Positions 1 to 11,960 of a stretch of DNA of 64,000 nucleotides are shown here, in pieces. The notes beneath the pieces are model-generated. The model saw nothing but the letters and a program-made list of their open reading frames with translations. It was not told the DNA's origin and searched no databases. The DNA is taken from assembly GCF_964194155.1 (NCBI RefSeq), contig NC_135892.1, positions 61,070,001 to 61,134,000 of the forward strand, read 5' to 3'. The DNA is from Cetorhinus maximus. Taxonomy: Eukaryota. The position numbers and the translations under genes were made by a program. The first letter of the stretch is position 1; the number at the start of each line of letters is the position of its first letter.

Positions 1-329
1 GCGGATCCTTCAGATTTCACACTCATCTCAATGCCCTGAGCAATCTGAATGCTGCCTGCTGAGGTTCACTTTCAGTTGTCCATCAGAGCTGATCTGTATC
101 TCCGCCCACCAACTGATCACACTCCCATGCAGCACATGATCTCACCCACCACGACTCTCATTTCATTTTCAATTTGGACAGCATTACTTTCGCTTCCCGG
201 TCCTTTACCCTCCCCAGTCGCCCATTTCCTTTCCCCCATCACACTTGACCCTGCCCTGGCATCATATTCTACTTCCCCTCCATTAACTACCAGACATAAC
301 CCTTTTCCTTCGGGGATGTCCAGGTGAAC

Positions 330-1090
330 ATGCATGTTACCTTTCTTCGCAAAAATCCCACCCATATCCACATTCACCTCCCCGACCTCCTCCTTCCCAC
401 CCCCAGGGTCTGTGTCTGCCTCTGAGTCCCCACCAACCACCCTCGCTGTCCCTTCTACCACTACTGTCGCACCCTCACCCTCCCACCCTACCGCCTCACT
501 CTGTTCTCGGTCATTCTCGCCCTTTCTCCATACCACACCCACCCTCAGCTTTCTCCCCAGGAGTCAGACATGGACCTATCCAACCCCTCCCTTGCACGTT
601 CACCTGTACATCCCCTCCCTTTCTCCCTTCGCACCCTTTCCCCCCCCGGAACCCCTTCTCCCTGGAACCCCTCCCTCCCTCCACCCCCAGTTCTCCCAAC
701 CCCCACCCCCACCCCTGGATTCCATCTCCCCACTTAGCCCCTTCCCTTTCCTGATTCCTTCCTCCGCTCTTACTTCTCCCTCCACCCTTACTCCCTTCTT
801 ACACTCCTTCCTCCTCCTGGATACCCTCCCCTCTCTGCACTCCTTTCTTTGCATCTTCCACCCCACTTACAAATACCTTCATCTTCTCCCCTGTTACCCA
901 CTCCTCCCCCCATCATCCCCCCAACACCTTCATTCCCCCCATCCTAACCTCACCCCATCCTGACACATTCATTCCCTTGCTCCCAACTTCACCCCATCCG
1001 GACACCTTCAATCCACCCCTCCCAACCCCATCCTCCCAACACCGCTTCCTCTCCCAGCCAATCCTAGCCCTTCCTCTCCCACCCCCTCGA
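330..1090. repeat. Pyrimidine/C-rich low-complexity tract, probably the interior of a Harbinger-type non-autonomous element whose right end lies near 1528
   Basis: Almost only C and T on the + strand; overlapping Pro/Ser and Gly/Glu/Arg ORFs are compositional. The downstream GC-rich segment ends in CATCCCAGCCC (~1518-1528), resembling the MITE termini elsewhere in the window. Confidence 0.6.
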
Positions 1091-1544
1091 CCGTCATCCA
1101 TTGTGAGCATCAATGGTGGCTATCCAACTTCCATGGAGCCATGTTCATGAGAATCCACCCAGCATGCCGTGGACATTCCTATAGTGTCGGGCTCCAGCAT
1201 CTTCTGCTCCTCAAATGGCTGCGATGTGAGCAAGGCCCTGGCGGGTAAATCCCGACTTCTGCATGTCACAGTTGTCAAGACATGTTTTCCTGCCAACGTG
1301 GGTGGCATGTCCAGTGGTGGGAGGGTGGGGGGCTGGGGGGGGCACGATCCTGGTAGCTAGGCCTAATAATGATATGCTGATTTATTACAATGAGGTTCCT
1401 GACATCTGATAACAGATAATACAGCCCACCATCGGCAAGCTGAGTCATCGTGAATCCGATCGCGCCATATTGTTCTCTCACTCCACCGAACACGCCCGAT
1501 GCCAGCGGGCACAGAGCATCCCAGCCCAAGTTCAGAAGTTAATG

Positions 1545-3210
1545 ATTCCTGTGTTTAGGAAGTGGGACATAATGTCCAGGAAATTATAGGCTGGCCAGCT
1601 CAACATCAGTGGTAGGAAAATTAATGCAATCCCTACCGAAGGAGAGAAAAGAAGAACATCTCGAAAGGAAAAACATAATAATAGTCAGCATGGATTTCAA
1701 AAGGGAAAATCCTCCCTGTTGAACCTTATTGATTTTTTTGTGGAGAATGATAATGCAGTAAATGCAATTTATCTGGATTTTCAAAATGCCTTGATTAGGT
1801 GCCCCACAATAGACTAATGAATAAGGTCAGAGAATGCGGAGTCAGGGAACAAGCAGAAGGATGGATTGCTAACTAGTTATTCATAGTGGCAGAAGGTGGG
1901 AAATGGGGTTCCAAAAGGACCAATGCTAGCACCACTGCTGTTCACAACTTACAGTAACAATTTGGACTTCTGAATCCAAAACACACTGGCAGAATTTTGC
2001 AGAGCCACCAAGGGTCCCACTACTGGGGCCAAATGCAGGGAGGCCACATTTTTGCTGGTGGCAGCCAATTAAGTGGCTGTTGCTAGGGCCACCATCCTAC
2101 TAAGGACAGTGACACGTCCCCAAGAGCTGCTGGTCCAATCAGAGAACTGGCATCTTAACAATCCCAGCACCCCAACTGCTAGACAACAGGTACCTCCAGG
2201 CACCTTCCCCACACCATTTTGCCAGCCTTCCTGCCTCCCAGCCTGTCGCCTATGGTCCAAGAAAATTCCAGCCACAGTGTCTAAATTTATGAACGACACC
2301 AAATTTGGGTGATAGTCAATACGAAGGAGGATTGCAACAATTACAGGGGGTCAATAATAAACTTGCAGAATGGGAAAATAATTGGCAAATGAAGTTCAAT
2401 GCAGATAAATGTGAGATATAACACATTTTGGTAGGAAGAATAGGAAGGTCATTTATCACATATGACTTGGTAGGTGCAAGTCTAGATGGAGTAGAGGAAC
2501 AAAGGGACCTTGGAGAAAAATACACCAATCATTAAAAGTTGCACTACAAGCTAACAAGGCCATAAAAAATGCAGACTAAGTACTAGGCTTTATTTCTAGA
2601 GCGATATAATTAAAAAATAGGGAAGTTTTGCTAAGCCTGTATCAAACCTTGGTAGATAACACTTCGAGTAATGTGTGCAGTTCTGGTCACCATATTACAC
2701 AAAGGATTTAGGAGCATTGGATAGGGTGCAGAAAATATTTACAAGGATGTTATCAGAAGTATGTAAGTATACACACCAGAAAATGATTGACAGGCTGGCC
2801 GGGTCTCTTTTCTCTTGAAAAAAGAGGGCCAAAGGATGATATAATAAAAGTCTTTCGAATTATGAAAGGTGTTGATAGAGGGGATGTAGAGAGAATGCTT
2901 TCTCTTGTGGGGAAGAACATAACTAGAGGTGATCAATGTAAGATAGTCACCAAAAATCCAATAAGGAATTCAGAAGAAACTTCATCAGCCAGAGTGATGA
3001 GAATGTGGAACTCGCTTTCACAGGGAGTGGTTGAAGTATAAATGCATTTAAGGGGAAGCTAGGTAAACAGATGAGGGAAAAGGCAAATAGTGAGTTATGA
3101 TGGTACACCTACAAGAGAAAATATGGGAGGGGGCTCAAGTGGAGTACAAGCACCAGCATGGACTGGTTGGAATGAATGTCTGGTTTCTGTGCCATTTATC
3201 CAATGTAAGA
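1545..3210 (+). mobile_element. CR1 LINE, decayed ORF2 RT region through the 3' tail, interrupted by a MITE
   Basis: Translates to NYRLASSTSVVGKLM (NYRPVSLTS-like), SKFMNDTKFG (FADD motif) and LFSLEKR..GDII.VF.IMKG..RVMRMWNSL, with many frameshifts. Confidence 0.9.
1987..2274. mobile_element. Harbinger-type MITE inserted in CR1
   Basis: Termini TGGCAGAATTTT and AAAATTCCAGCCA are imperfect inverted repeats; CR1 sequence is contiguous across the insertion; 3-bp flanks CAC/CAG. Confidence 0.75.
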
Positions 3211-3685
3211 TAATCCTAAACAAGTTAGAATGTTTAATTCAATGTAAGATCATGTACAGAAAGTGAAAGAAGGAGGGAAAGAAAGATAAGATTAAGAAAG
3301 AGAAAGACAAAAGAGAGAAAAATAAAGAAGAAAACAAAAATAATTTGCAATTTAAAAAAAATCTCCAACAATAATTATAATCTGAAGGAATAGGATTCTA
3401 CGTTCTTATATAAATTAACTTTCAGTGTCAGACAGATTGGTAGTAATTAAGGCTTACCACACCATTAAATATTCACTTGCACTTGAATACACAAGGCCTA
3501 ACTGTTTCTGGCATGTTTAGTGAGTATTTAGTCGGTAAGTACCACAATTTCATGCCCTTTAGATGTTTGAATTGTCATACCCAGTGAAGGTATGTCATAT
3601 TTCTAACTTATAACATATGAACGCTATTCAATATGGAGTCAAGCATTTTTAAAAAGAAAGGGAAAAAGCATGGAATAATGAACAC

Positions 3686-4645
3686 TGTACTCTCCCACAA
3701 TGGCTGCCAGAAAGTCAGCTGACTGCTGTTTGTGGTTTCTAAACAGACATGGATAACTCATGTCCGAACATGCTCCCAGAAAGTCAATAAAAGGTAAATG
3801 TCCGTGGGTGGAGGAGCCTCCCTTGAAAAAACATTGAAAATGAGATCACTTGTGAAATTTACAGCCCATTGTCTGGTTATGTACAGAAAGTCAAGTAGAA
3901 TAGTCCCCCAGACTCAATGTCTGCGAACTTGAAACTTAACGAAGAGAGGAATGAAGGGATTGGTTTATCACAAGCAGGTGTGAATGGCCATCATTCATCC
4001 TTCATTGTATAGCGATGGTTGCTAACATCATATCATCTGTGTGGATGATAGAAGTATTGATCATGTGGACACCTGATTGAAACTGACTTGAGGTAGACAT
4101 CATGTTATTCCAAGGGCAAGCCAGGGTCAAGTCAGTCTGGAGGCAAACAAGCCACCAGGATCATCCTCCAACAAGAAGAAAGGAGCCCCGCCTAATACAA
4201 CCAGTCAACCCAGACAGTGAAAGAAAGGCCAATTTGACTTCACCTGTACAGATTTCTCTACAGAAATTCAGCCACAACTCCATGTGGAACCTAAAAACTC
4301 TCAACCTCAATTTTTATCTTCAAAAAACTATGAGAGAAAACCAGTCAGGCCTGCAATGCCTGCACCCTCAAGGGCTAACTTAAACACATCATTTTCATCT
4401 TGTTATCCAGTTAATAATTTAAATGCATGCATCATCTCTCGAATTCATCTTTACTAGTGTGTGTGTGTGTGTGTGTGTTGGTGTGCTTGAGAGAGTGAGT
4501 TTCTTCATTGCATTTACATTTTGGGGTGTTAAATGGAGAAACATTTATCTTCTGATTTAAACCTATCAGGAAGCCTGTTTCGCATCTGTTATCGAAAGTG
4601 ACAACACCCAAAAAGTGATCGAAAACACCCCCTCTAAAATATACA
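3686..4645. mobile_element. Possible LTR-like repeat containing a (GT)n microsatellite at ~4457-4478
   Basis: Starts with TGTA and has LTR-like composition; no right end or TSD found. Confidence 0.3.
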
Positions 4646-4649
4646 TCAT

Positions 4650-5411
4650 GGCCAGGATTTTTAGGGTGGCAGGGTTTCCCTTCCCATCATCCAATGAGTC
4701 AGCAGAAAACACATCCCCGCTGATACTGGCTGCCTCACAACCATTTAATGCTCCAAGTGTTAATTGGCTGGAGGTTGGTCTCCCATCATCACTCGATTGG
4801 AAGTCCTATCTCAGACAACTGTCAGCCAATCTGATTGTCTGGCAACTCTTTAGTTCTTGCAGCACCAGAATCTGCAGTGGACAGGGCTGGAACTGCAAGC
4901 AGTCTGCAGATTACAGGGCCAGGTAAGTTTTGGGGGTCTCAGAGTGAGGTGGAAAGATGAGGCCCGGGAGGTGGCAAATGGAGGTCCAATTTTTGGTGGA
5001 GAGACCAGGAAGGAGGAAGGACCTGCAGGAGCCAGTCCTTTGGTTGTGGGGCTAGCCCGGTGTTAAAGGCAGCTGCTGACGGAGGCATTCTCCACCCCCA
5101 CCCCTTCCACAACTTTCCTGTCTGAGGCCTGAACATGGTTACATTTCAGGCCTACCCCCGCCCCTGGGATCCTCCCGCCAGCCTGTAAATTGAGGCTGGG
5201 CAGGAAACGGCATTTAAGTGGTGAATAATAAGCCACTTAAGGGCCTCACTGGGGCAAGGGCCGGCCCGCCAGCCCAAGGCTCGCCCATCGCAGTGTAAAA
5301 TTGTGGAGAGGTCAGAGTAGGTGGGAGCCCGGTGAGAAGGCCATCCAAGAAATTTCACTGCTAACCCCATGCCTACAAACCTGCCAGTGGGTGAATGTAA
5401 AATTCCATGCA
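4650..5411. mobile_element. Harbinger-type MITE
   Basis: Termini GGCCAGGATTTT and AAAATTCCATGC; internal TAATTGG and CACTTAAGGGCCTCA motifs shared with other MITEs in the window. Confidence 0.65.
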
Positions 5412-6414
5412 CACGCATGCTTAAGACATGGCAGCACCCATGGCTTTAATGGACTTCTCCATCATCCATGCATGCCAGCACATAGCCTCTGGTAGCTCCA
5501 TCACATGTTCCCTCACCTCTCACTGCGATCGCAGCAGATTCAATGTGCCCTACACCCAAGGCCTCTCATCAGCATGGGGCTTAGCATTGGCCTGGCCTCC
5601 CACAGTCCTTTGACTATTAGTGCCTTTGGCTGTTGCAGCCTCAATCAGCTGCATGGACATTTCTGTGATATTCTCACCAGCTTGTGACCCTGAATTTACT
5701 CACAGATGCAGACCCACCGATGTGAGAGCATCTACGCTGGTGGAGGACACGGGGAAATGGCGTGGCGCTGCACACCCTGAGGAATCCTCATCCTCCTCCT
5801 CAGGGAGGGTGGACTGCAGGCCCCAGCCCTCTATTGCTGCCCATCCTCCCGGAGTGCCGAGACCTGTGTGAGAGAACACAGCCAGGGGTTAGGGCTCCAC
5901 ATCTCCTCCTCCCTTTCATGTCTGCTATGAATCTCCATATGTCCAGTGGAGGACACATGAGCTCGATTCCTCCTCATTCCCTTGGGTTGCCTTTCCATAT
6001 TGCCCTGCAATCCAACCTGTTCAAAAGCTGCCTGCTGTTCTGCCGACATCAGTGTGCCAATATTGGGGACTCCACCACCGGTCTGTGACCTCTCCTCACT
6101 GATGTGGCTCTATTTCTGCTGCAGGTAGAAGGAAGGACATTGTGAGATTCCACACAAAAACTAAACACAACACATATCCCGGTGGCATCCCTTTGGCCTA
6201 TGATGGGAGGCTCCTGAATGCCTCCTCCATAGGTCCACTCTCAAGGGATATGGAGAGGAAAAGCAAAGACAAATGTCTCGTTGTTGTCGAGATACAGCCA
6301 TGCATCATCCGGCTGCTGGTGCTGGTGCTCCCCCTAGCCAGCGTCTAGTTGGCCATTCCCTGCCCATGTGGTGATCCATCCTGTGTTGCTACTCAATGAT
6401 GAGTGCCCTGGTGG

Positions 6415-6625
6415 AACAGAGTAGGACATTCAGTCATTTGCGGTTCTGCACCCAAGACCATGGGGTGACCCCACGGCTGCTGACTTCTGCTGCTATTTCC
6501 ATCCAGGCTTCCTTGATCAGGTGGGAGGGTTTCTTCTTGTGCATCCCTTGGCAAGGGCAGCTCCTGACTTTCCCATGCCTCCTAGGGGAGAACGGAGGGG
6601 AGCAGCACTAAACCATGGGACCCCT
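6415..6625 (-). pseudogene. Myb/SANT-like DNA-binding gene relic of a PIF/Harbinger transposon (downstream decayed exons probably extend to ~5420)
   Basis: Reverse translation RVPWFSAAPL...KKKPSHLIKEAWMEIAAEVSSRGVTPWSWVQNRK*LNVL matches the Myb/SANT-like (NAIF1/MSANTD) pattern F..E...W.EIA..V...R.W.QCRK.FNDL; contains a stop and frameshifts. Confidence 0.8.
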
Positions 6626-7243
6626 GGCGCTTTCCCTCCAGCGTGTCTCCTGGCCATCTCTTTGACTGCCTGATTAAGATGCTAGCCTTCCATTGACTGT
6701 ATAGTGTTCAGCCTCTGAGGCTGTTGGATTGCACAGTGTCCGGGCTTCAGGCTGGAGGGGTCCACTCTGGAGCGAGTTCCCTCCCTGGAGTGCTACTGCG
6801 CCATTTGCAGCATTTAAGGCAGGACTGAATGCAGGTCTGGCGTCAACACCTACCTCTGCATCAGGTGATGCTGAGATCAGCACTTTATGGCCCATCTGTG
6901 GGGCAGCATTGAATGGGCCCTTAGCCTCCAGGCTCTTAATTGGCTGGTTGTCACATGCTTGCGGTTGTTTGTGCACATTACTCTCATTTGGAGACAGCAC
7001 CTACTTCTGGGGCCACCACGGAGACCTGCAGACTAAATTCAGTCAACCCTTTCAGCTCCATCTGATGTTGATGGACCTCCCTCAGTGCACAGAAACAGGC
7101 ATAAAGTCAGTACCTTGCGTGCTGCCTTTGATTCTATATGGGTGGTGGGGAGTCATGTATCCCTGTTGCCAGGCAGGCTGAAATTATAAAGAGGGAGCTG
7201 CACAGTGGCTGCAGGCAACAGGAAACACCGTGAAGGCTTAAAA

Positions 7244-7480
7244 ATGGCTGGAAGAGTGGTAGAAGTAAAGGCTCTGAGATTTAGAAGCATCACTGGAGGG
7301 CATTGCCAACAAAAGCAAAAAGAGGACAGACATGCTGGTTCCCCTAGGGGACAGAAGACACTCCAGGCAAGATGTCCACAGCCAATGGGAAGAAATGGTT
7401 CAAGAGATCAATGCAAGGGGCTTTGCACACAGGACCTAGATGCTATGTAAGATAAATTTAATTATTTCAGGGTGGTTAAG
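7244..7480 (+). pseudogene. Myb/SANT-like Harbinger gene relic, exon 1
   Basis: MAGRVVEVKALRF/EASLEG..KKRTDMLVPLGDRRHSRQDVHSQWEEMVQEINARGFAHRT*MLCK, followed by GTGGTTAAG|GTAAGA splice donor. Confidence 0.7.
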
Positions 7481-7574
7481 GTAAGATCCCAAACTCTCAG
7501 CCTTCTTATCCTCTGCTCAAATCTATAGCTCCTTCAAACCCACTATTCACAACATGCTCCTATATTCACTTCCA

Positions 7575-8058
7575 CCCCATTACACACGACACACTTCTGC
7601 ATTCACTGTAACTCCATTACTCACAACACACTTCTACATTTACTGTAACTCCATTACTCACAACACACTTCTACATTTACTGTAACCCCATTACTCACAA
7701 TACACTTCTACATTCACTATAACCCCATTACACACAACACACTTCTACATTTACTGTAATCCCATTACTCACAATACACTTCTACATTCACTACAACCCC
7801 ATTACACACAACACACTTCTACATTCACTACAACCCCATTACTCACAACACACTTCTACATTCACTACAACCCCATTACACACAACACACTTCTACATTC
7901 ACTACAACCCCATTACACACAACACACTTCTACATTCACTACAACCCCATTACTCACAACACACTTCTACATTCACTTTAACCCCATTACTCACAACATG
8001 CTTCTAAGTTTACTGAAAGCCCATTACTCACAACACGCTTCTACATTCACTGCAACCC
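7575..8058 (+). repeat. 37-bp minisatellite, ~13 copies, resuming at 9681-9760 after an LTR insertion
   Basis: Unit CCCCATTACTCACAACACACTTCTACATTCACTACAA repeated in tandem with few substitutions. Confidence 0.95.
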
Positions 8059-8471
8059 TGTCATGAAGCTATTAATGTATATAATATTTTGGAAAATATT
8101 TTTCTTTTAAAATAGAGGTTTAGTCTTTGGGTATGTCTTATTTGGATTAAAGCCAGCTAGTCTGGGTGCTTTGATATGTACTAGTTTTGATATGTAAGAG
8201 AGATAGCATGCATTTTCATTTTTTGAATAGAGAATTCAAGAAGTTGGGGTGAAAACTTGACACCTTTCTAGCAGCTACCAAGCAATATGTTTATATCACC
8301 AATAAAATTGGTATTATGAAAGGGGTTTCATTGTTAAAAGGCGAAGTTCAAAGAGTCTGGTGAGACAATGAGAATTCAAATTCAATCAATTAGGTGTAAC
8401 TTTAGTAGTTTTCGGGTGTGCAGAGCAGAGGCAATGTGAGATCAAAAGGTAGCTGCAAGCCTCCAACTGGC

Positions 8472-9169
8472 CAGACCTCCCTGTCGCTTGCTATTTCAAC
8501 ACTCCACCCTGCTCTCATGCACACATGTCCATCCTTGGCCTGCTGCATTGTTCCAGTGAAGCTCAACGCAAACTGGAGGAACAGCACTTCTTCTGATTAG
8601 GCACTTTACAGTCTTCCGGACTTAATATTGAGTTCAACAATTTCAGATCATGAACTCTCTCCTCCAACCCCACCGCCTTTCTGATCCCCCTTTTTCCAAT
8701 AATTTATAAATTTTTTACAACTATATATTTTTTCTTTTCCCTCCTATTTTTAAATTTATTTCGATCTATTGTTTCATCTCCACCTTTTAGCCCACTTCGA
8801 TCCCTTCCCCCCACCCCACCCCCACTAGGGCCATCTGCCACTAGCTTGCTTCCCTTAATGTCCCCATTAGCACATCCTTTAGATAATATCATCACCGTCA
8901 ACACCCCTTTGTCCTTTTGTCTATGACATCATTGGCAGTCTCTTCTTGGCCTCCACCTATCACTGGCCCCCTATTGAGCTCTCCTGTCCCACCCCCTTCT
9001 ACCAGCTTATATTTCATCTCATTTCTATATGCCTTAGTTCTGATGAACGGTCATATGGACTCGAAGTGTCAACTGTATCCCTCTCCGCAGATGCTGTCAG
9101 ACCTGCTGAGTTTTCCAGGTATTTTTGTTTTTGTTCTAGATTTCCAGCATCTGCAGTATTTTGCTTTTA
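8472..9169 (+). mobile_element. 5'-truncated Penelope-like element (GIY-YIG C-terminus plus 3' UTR)
   Basis: DLPVACYFNTPPCSHAHMSILGLLHCSSEAQRKLEEQH..LGTLQSSGLNIEFNNF; flanked by direct repeat TCCAACTGGC (8462-8471, 9170-9179). Confidence 0.85.
9036..9074 (+). ncRNA. Minimal type I hammerhead ribozyme motif in Penelope 3' region (one core substitution)
   Basis: AGTT-CTGATGA-AC-GGTC(atatg)GACTC-GAAG-TGTC-AACT: helix I AGTT/AACT, core CUGAUGA, helix II, GAAA changed to GAAG. Confidence 0.65.
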
Positions 9170-9334
9170 TCCAACTGGCTCCACAGGTTTTGAATTTGTA
9201 AGGTGAAAATGCTTTGCCTGGTGTTTGGTTAAGTCTATGGGTTGCTGTTGCCTTAATGGAGATTAGTTTGGGAATTTGTTAAAAGTTATGATAGTAGTAA
9301 TTTGTAGCCATGTGTATATATGTGTATATAAATT

Positions 9335-9484
9335 CTTTATACATGAATAGGATGGGAATAGAGGGATACGGACCCCGGAAGTGCAAAATGTTTTAGTTGA
9401 CGGGCAATATGATCGGCGCAGGCTTGGATGGCCGAAGGGCCTGTTCCTGTGCTGTACTTTTCTTTGTTCTTTGTTCTTTGTTCT
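9335..9484 (+). mobile_element. CR1 3' end with (TTTGTTC)n tail
   Basis: GGCCGAAGGGCCTGTTCCTGTGCTGTAC 3' motif followed by a repeated tail. Confidence 0.85.
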
Positions 9485-10206
9485 ATATAATTTAACCTGT
9501 ATAAATTAGTAAAATGTTTCATGTAGTTTAATGTAAAACCTCAAGAACTGGTGGTCTGGTTCCTGAATTTAGAGTCACATCTCAAACATAACACTTAAAT
9601 TATAGGTTATGACAGTTATTTAAAGTTTCCCTCTGGGATTTTTAAATAACTCCACTGCACCAACTGCATCGATCACAACAAACCCCATTACACACAGCAC
9701 ACTTCTATATTCACTGCAACCCCATCATTCATGACACGATACTGCATTCACTGCACCAAACATCACTTCATCTTCTTCTCCTCCTACTCTAATCATGATT
9801 ATGCCCCTCACTTCTGTTATCTTTCGCACATTCTATCTTGACCTGTACATTCTCAAAACACCCTATAGGGCTCACAGTAACACATTCTTTTCTTGCACAA
9901 GGAGCTGACAAAAAATACACAGGAGTAGGTGAGGCCGCATCCACTTTCTGTATCCACGCAAGGTCGACTTGTGCACAGAGGGCATGTCATGGCAAAGTGA
10001 CTGGAAAGGATAAAAGATAAGTCCCTTAGGAAATTTACTCATCTTGCATTCTTTCTGCCTTCTTAGATTTATCTCACACTACTCATTCTGTTCATATAGA
10101 TTTCAGGCTCCTCCTGCAGAGAACATAGAGAACTGCTTCTTCATCTACTGCTCCATTCACCCTTGGAAAATATGCAATCTGCTTGAAGTCCAATGCACTC
10201 TTTTGC

Positions 10207-10395
10207 AAAAGCAAAATACTGCAGATGTTGGAAATCTGAAATAAAAGCAGAGAATGCTGGAAACGCTCTGCAAGTGGAGACAGAAACAGAGTTCATATTT
10301 CAGATCAATGATCTTGCAACAACACTGGGAATAGTTAGAGATAAAATACACTTGGGAGTGTGGGGAAAAGAACAAGTCTGTGACAGGGTGTAAGA
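10207..10395 (-). mobile_element. Penelope 3' end fragment
   Basis: AAAGCAAAATACTGCAGATGTTGGAAATCTGAAATAAAA is the reverse complement of the 3' end at ~9100-9169. Confidence 0.8.
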
Positions 10396-10404
10396 AAAAG
10401 AAAG

Positions 10405-10815
10405 ACTGACATTTATACTTCTTATGACCACTGGATATCTCAAATCAGTTTACAGCCAATTAAGTACTTTTTGAAGTGTAGCCCCTGTTGTAACGTAAAA
10501 AAACACAGTATCCAATTTGTGAACACCAAACTCCCACAAACAATAATTTGACCATGACCTGATAATCTGTTTTGCAATGTTGAATGAGGGATAAATATTG
10601 GCCAGGACAATGGGGATAACTCAAATGCTCTTGTTTGAAATAATGACGTACGATGTTTAATGTATAATCCAAAAGACAGCACCTCTGCCAGTGCAGCACT
10701 CCCTCGACATTGCACAGAACTGTCAGTCTAGATTTTTGTGCTCAAGTCCTGGGGTGGGATTTAAATCCACAACCTTGTGACTCCAAGTTAAGAGTGTGAC
10801 CAACTGAACCACAGC
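10405..10815 (-). mobile_element. tRNA-derived SINE with Deu domain (SacSINE1/AmnSINE-like)
   Basis: Minus strand: tRNA-like head (TGGTTCAGTTGG..GGATTTAAATCCC), then GCACAAAAATCTAGACTGACA..GAGGGAGTGCTGCACTGGCAGAGGTGCTGTCTTT (Deu-like core) and an L2-like tail. Confidence 0.8.
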
Positions 10816-11427
10816 TGGCAGTTATGGATGGGACAATTGGAGTTGCTACTGGAAATGAGCCAGCACTTTTGGAAGCTGTCAAGGAAGTCACAGGAAAATG
10901 CTGTAGACTTATCTGACAGGGAGTCAAGCTGGGGCGATGGGAAGTGGGCAGGAAGGTCGAGGAGTGTTGAAGGGTTGGTGTAGGGGATTGCGAGGCCAGA
11001 GACTGGAGAAGTGAAAGCATGGCAACAGAAGAGAAGGGTAGGAAGGATAAAGAAAGAGAAATAGAAGCAATGGTCTCTGGTCTGGAGTGCAGCAAAATTC
11101 AGCAAACAAATGGGTACTGGGAAAGCATAAGTTACATAAGTCTGGTTATATAGCTGTTATTAAGATACATAAAAACCTGTTATTGAACAGGAAATAGCTA
11201 GGAGACAATAGGAAGGAGCCCAGAGTTATAGTCTGGTGGTGGGATATCATTAACAGAAAGTCGAGTGGAATCAGCATGGAGCATCAATGGACTGTTGTCC
11301 GAGTTCAGCGACAGGTAAAATGGGTGATGTCCAGAAGCTATTTGAGGATAGGGTGTTAGAGGATGCTTGGATGGAAGCATTCTTGGTGGAATGAAGATTC
11401 AGCACATGTTTGGAATCTTTGCAGGGC

Positions 11428-11960
11428 AACAACATCAAGAACAACAACTTATATACATATAGTGTCTTTGACATAATGAAACACCCAAGGCATTTTACAG
11501 GAGCATTATAAAGCAAAGGATGACCCTGAGCCACCTAAGATGATATTAATACAGACTTGGTCAAAGAGGTAGGTTTCAAGGAGTGTCTTAAAGGAGCAGA
11601 GTGAGGTCGAGAGCCAAACAAGTGTAGGGAGGTATTCCTGAGCTTGGAGTCTAGGCAACTGAAGGCATGACGCCAATAGTGGAGCAATTAAAATTGGGAA
11701 TGCAGAAGTGGACAGAATTAAAGGAGTGCAGATATCTCGGAGAGTTGCGGAGCTGGAGGAGATTTCAGAGATAGGGAGGGGCGAGGCCATGGAGAGATCT
11801 GAAAACAAGAATGAGAATTTTAAAATCAAATGTTGCTTAACTGGGAGCCAATGTAGGCCAGAAAGCACAGTGGTGAAAGGGGAATGAGTTTTCTGACTTA
11901 AGAGACAAACAGCAGACTTTTGGATGAGCTCACATTTATGAGGGTAGAACTTGGGAGATC
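11428..11960 (-). mobile_element. L2 LINE 3' fragment
   Basis: ORF 11506-11868 has LSGLHWLPVKQH..LK and SFKTLLETYLF, typical of the L2 ORF2 C-terminus; (TTG)n tail. Confidence 0.85.

Larger units (their letters stand above)
8059..9680 (+). mobile_element. Solo LTR (family A) with 5-bp TSD, carrying nested Penelope and CR1 fragments
   Basis: Termini TGTCATGA...TCACAACA; AACCC at 8054-8058 and 9681-9685; homologous to 49301-50909. Confidence 0.9.

Noticed and set aside
117-1113. Long overlapping ORFs (209 aa Pro/Ser-rich; Gly/Glu/Arg-rich on the minus strand)
   Set aside because: Product of C/T low complexity that lacks stop codons; no domain signal.
7575-8058. 37-bp repeats resembling a CRISPR repeat length
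   Set aside because: Units are directly adjacent with no unique spacers, there are no cas genes, and the context is eukaryotic.
10750-10815. tRNA gene (A/B box-like sequence; also ~52440-52500 and 58757-58815)
   Set aside because: These are SINE heads continuing into Deu-domain bodies; no intact cloverleaf.
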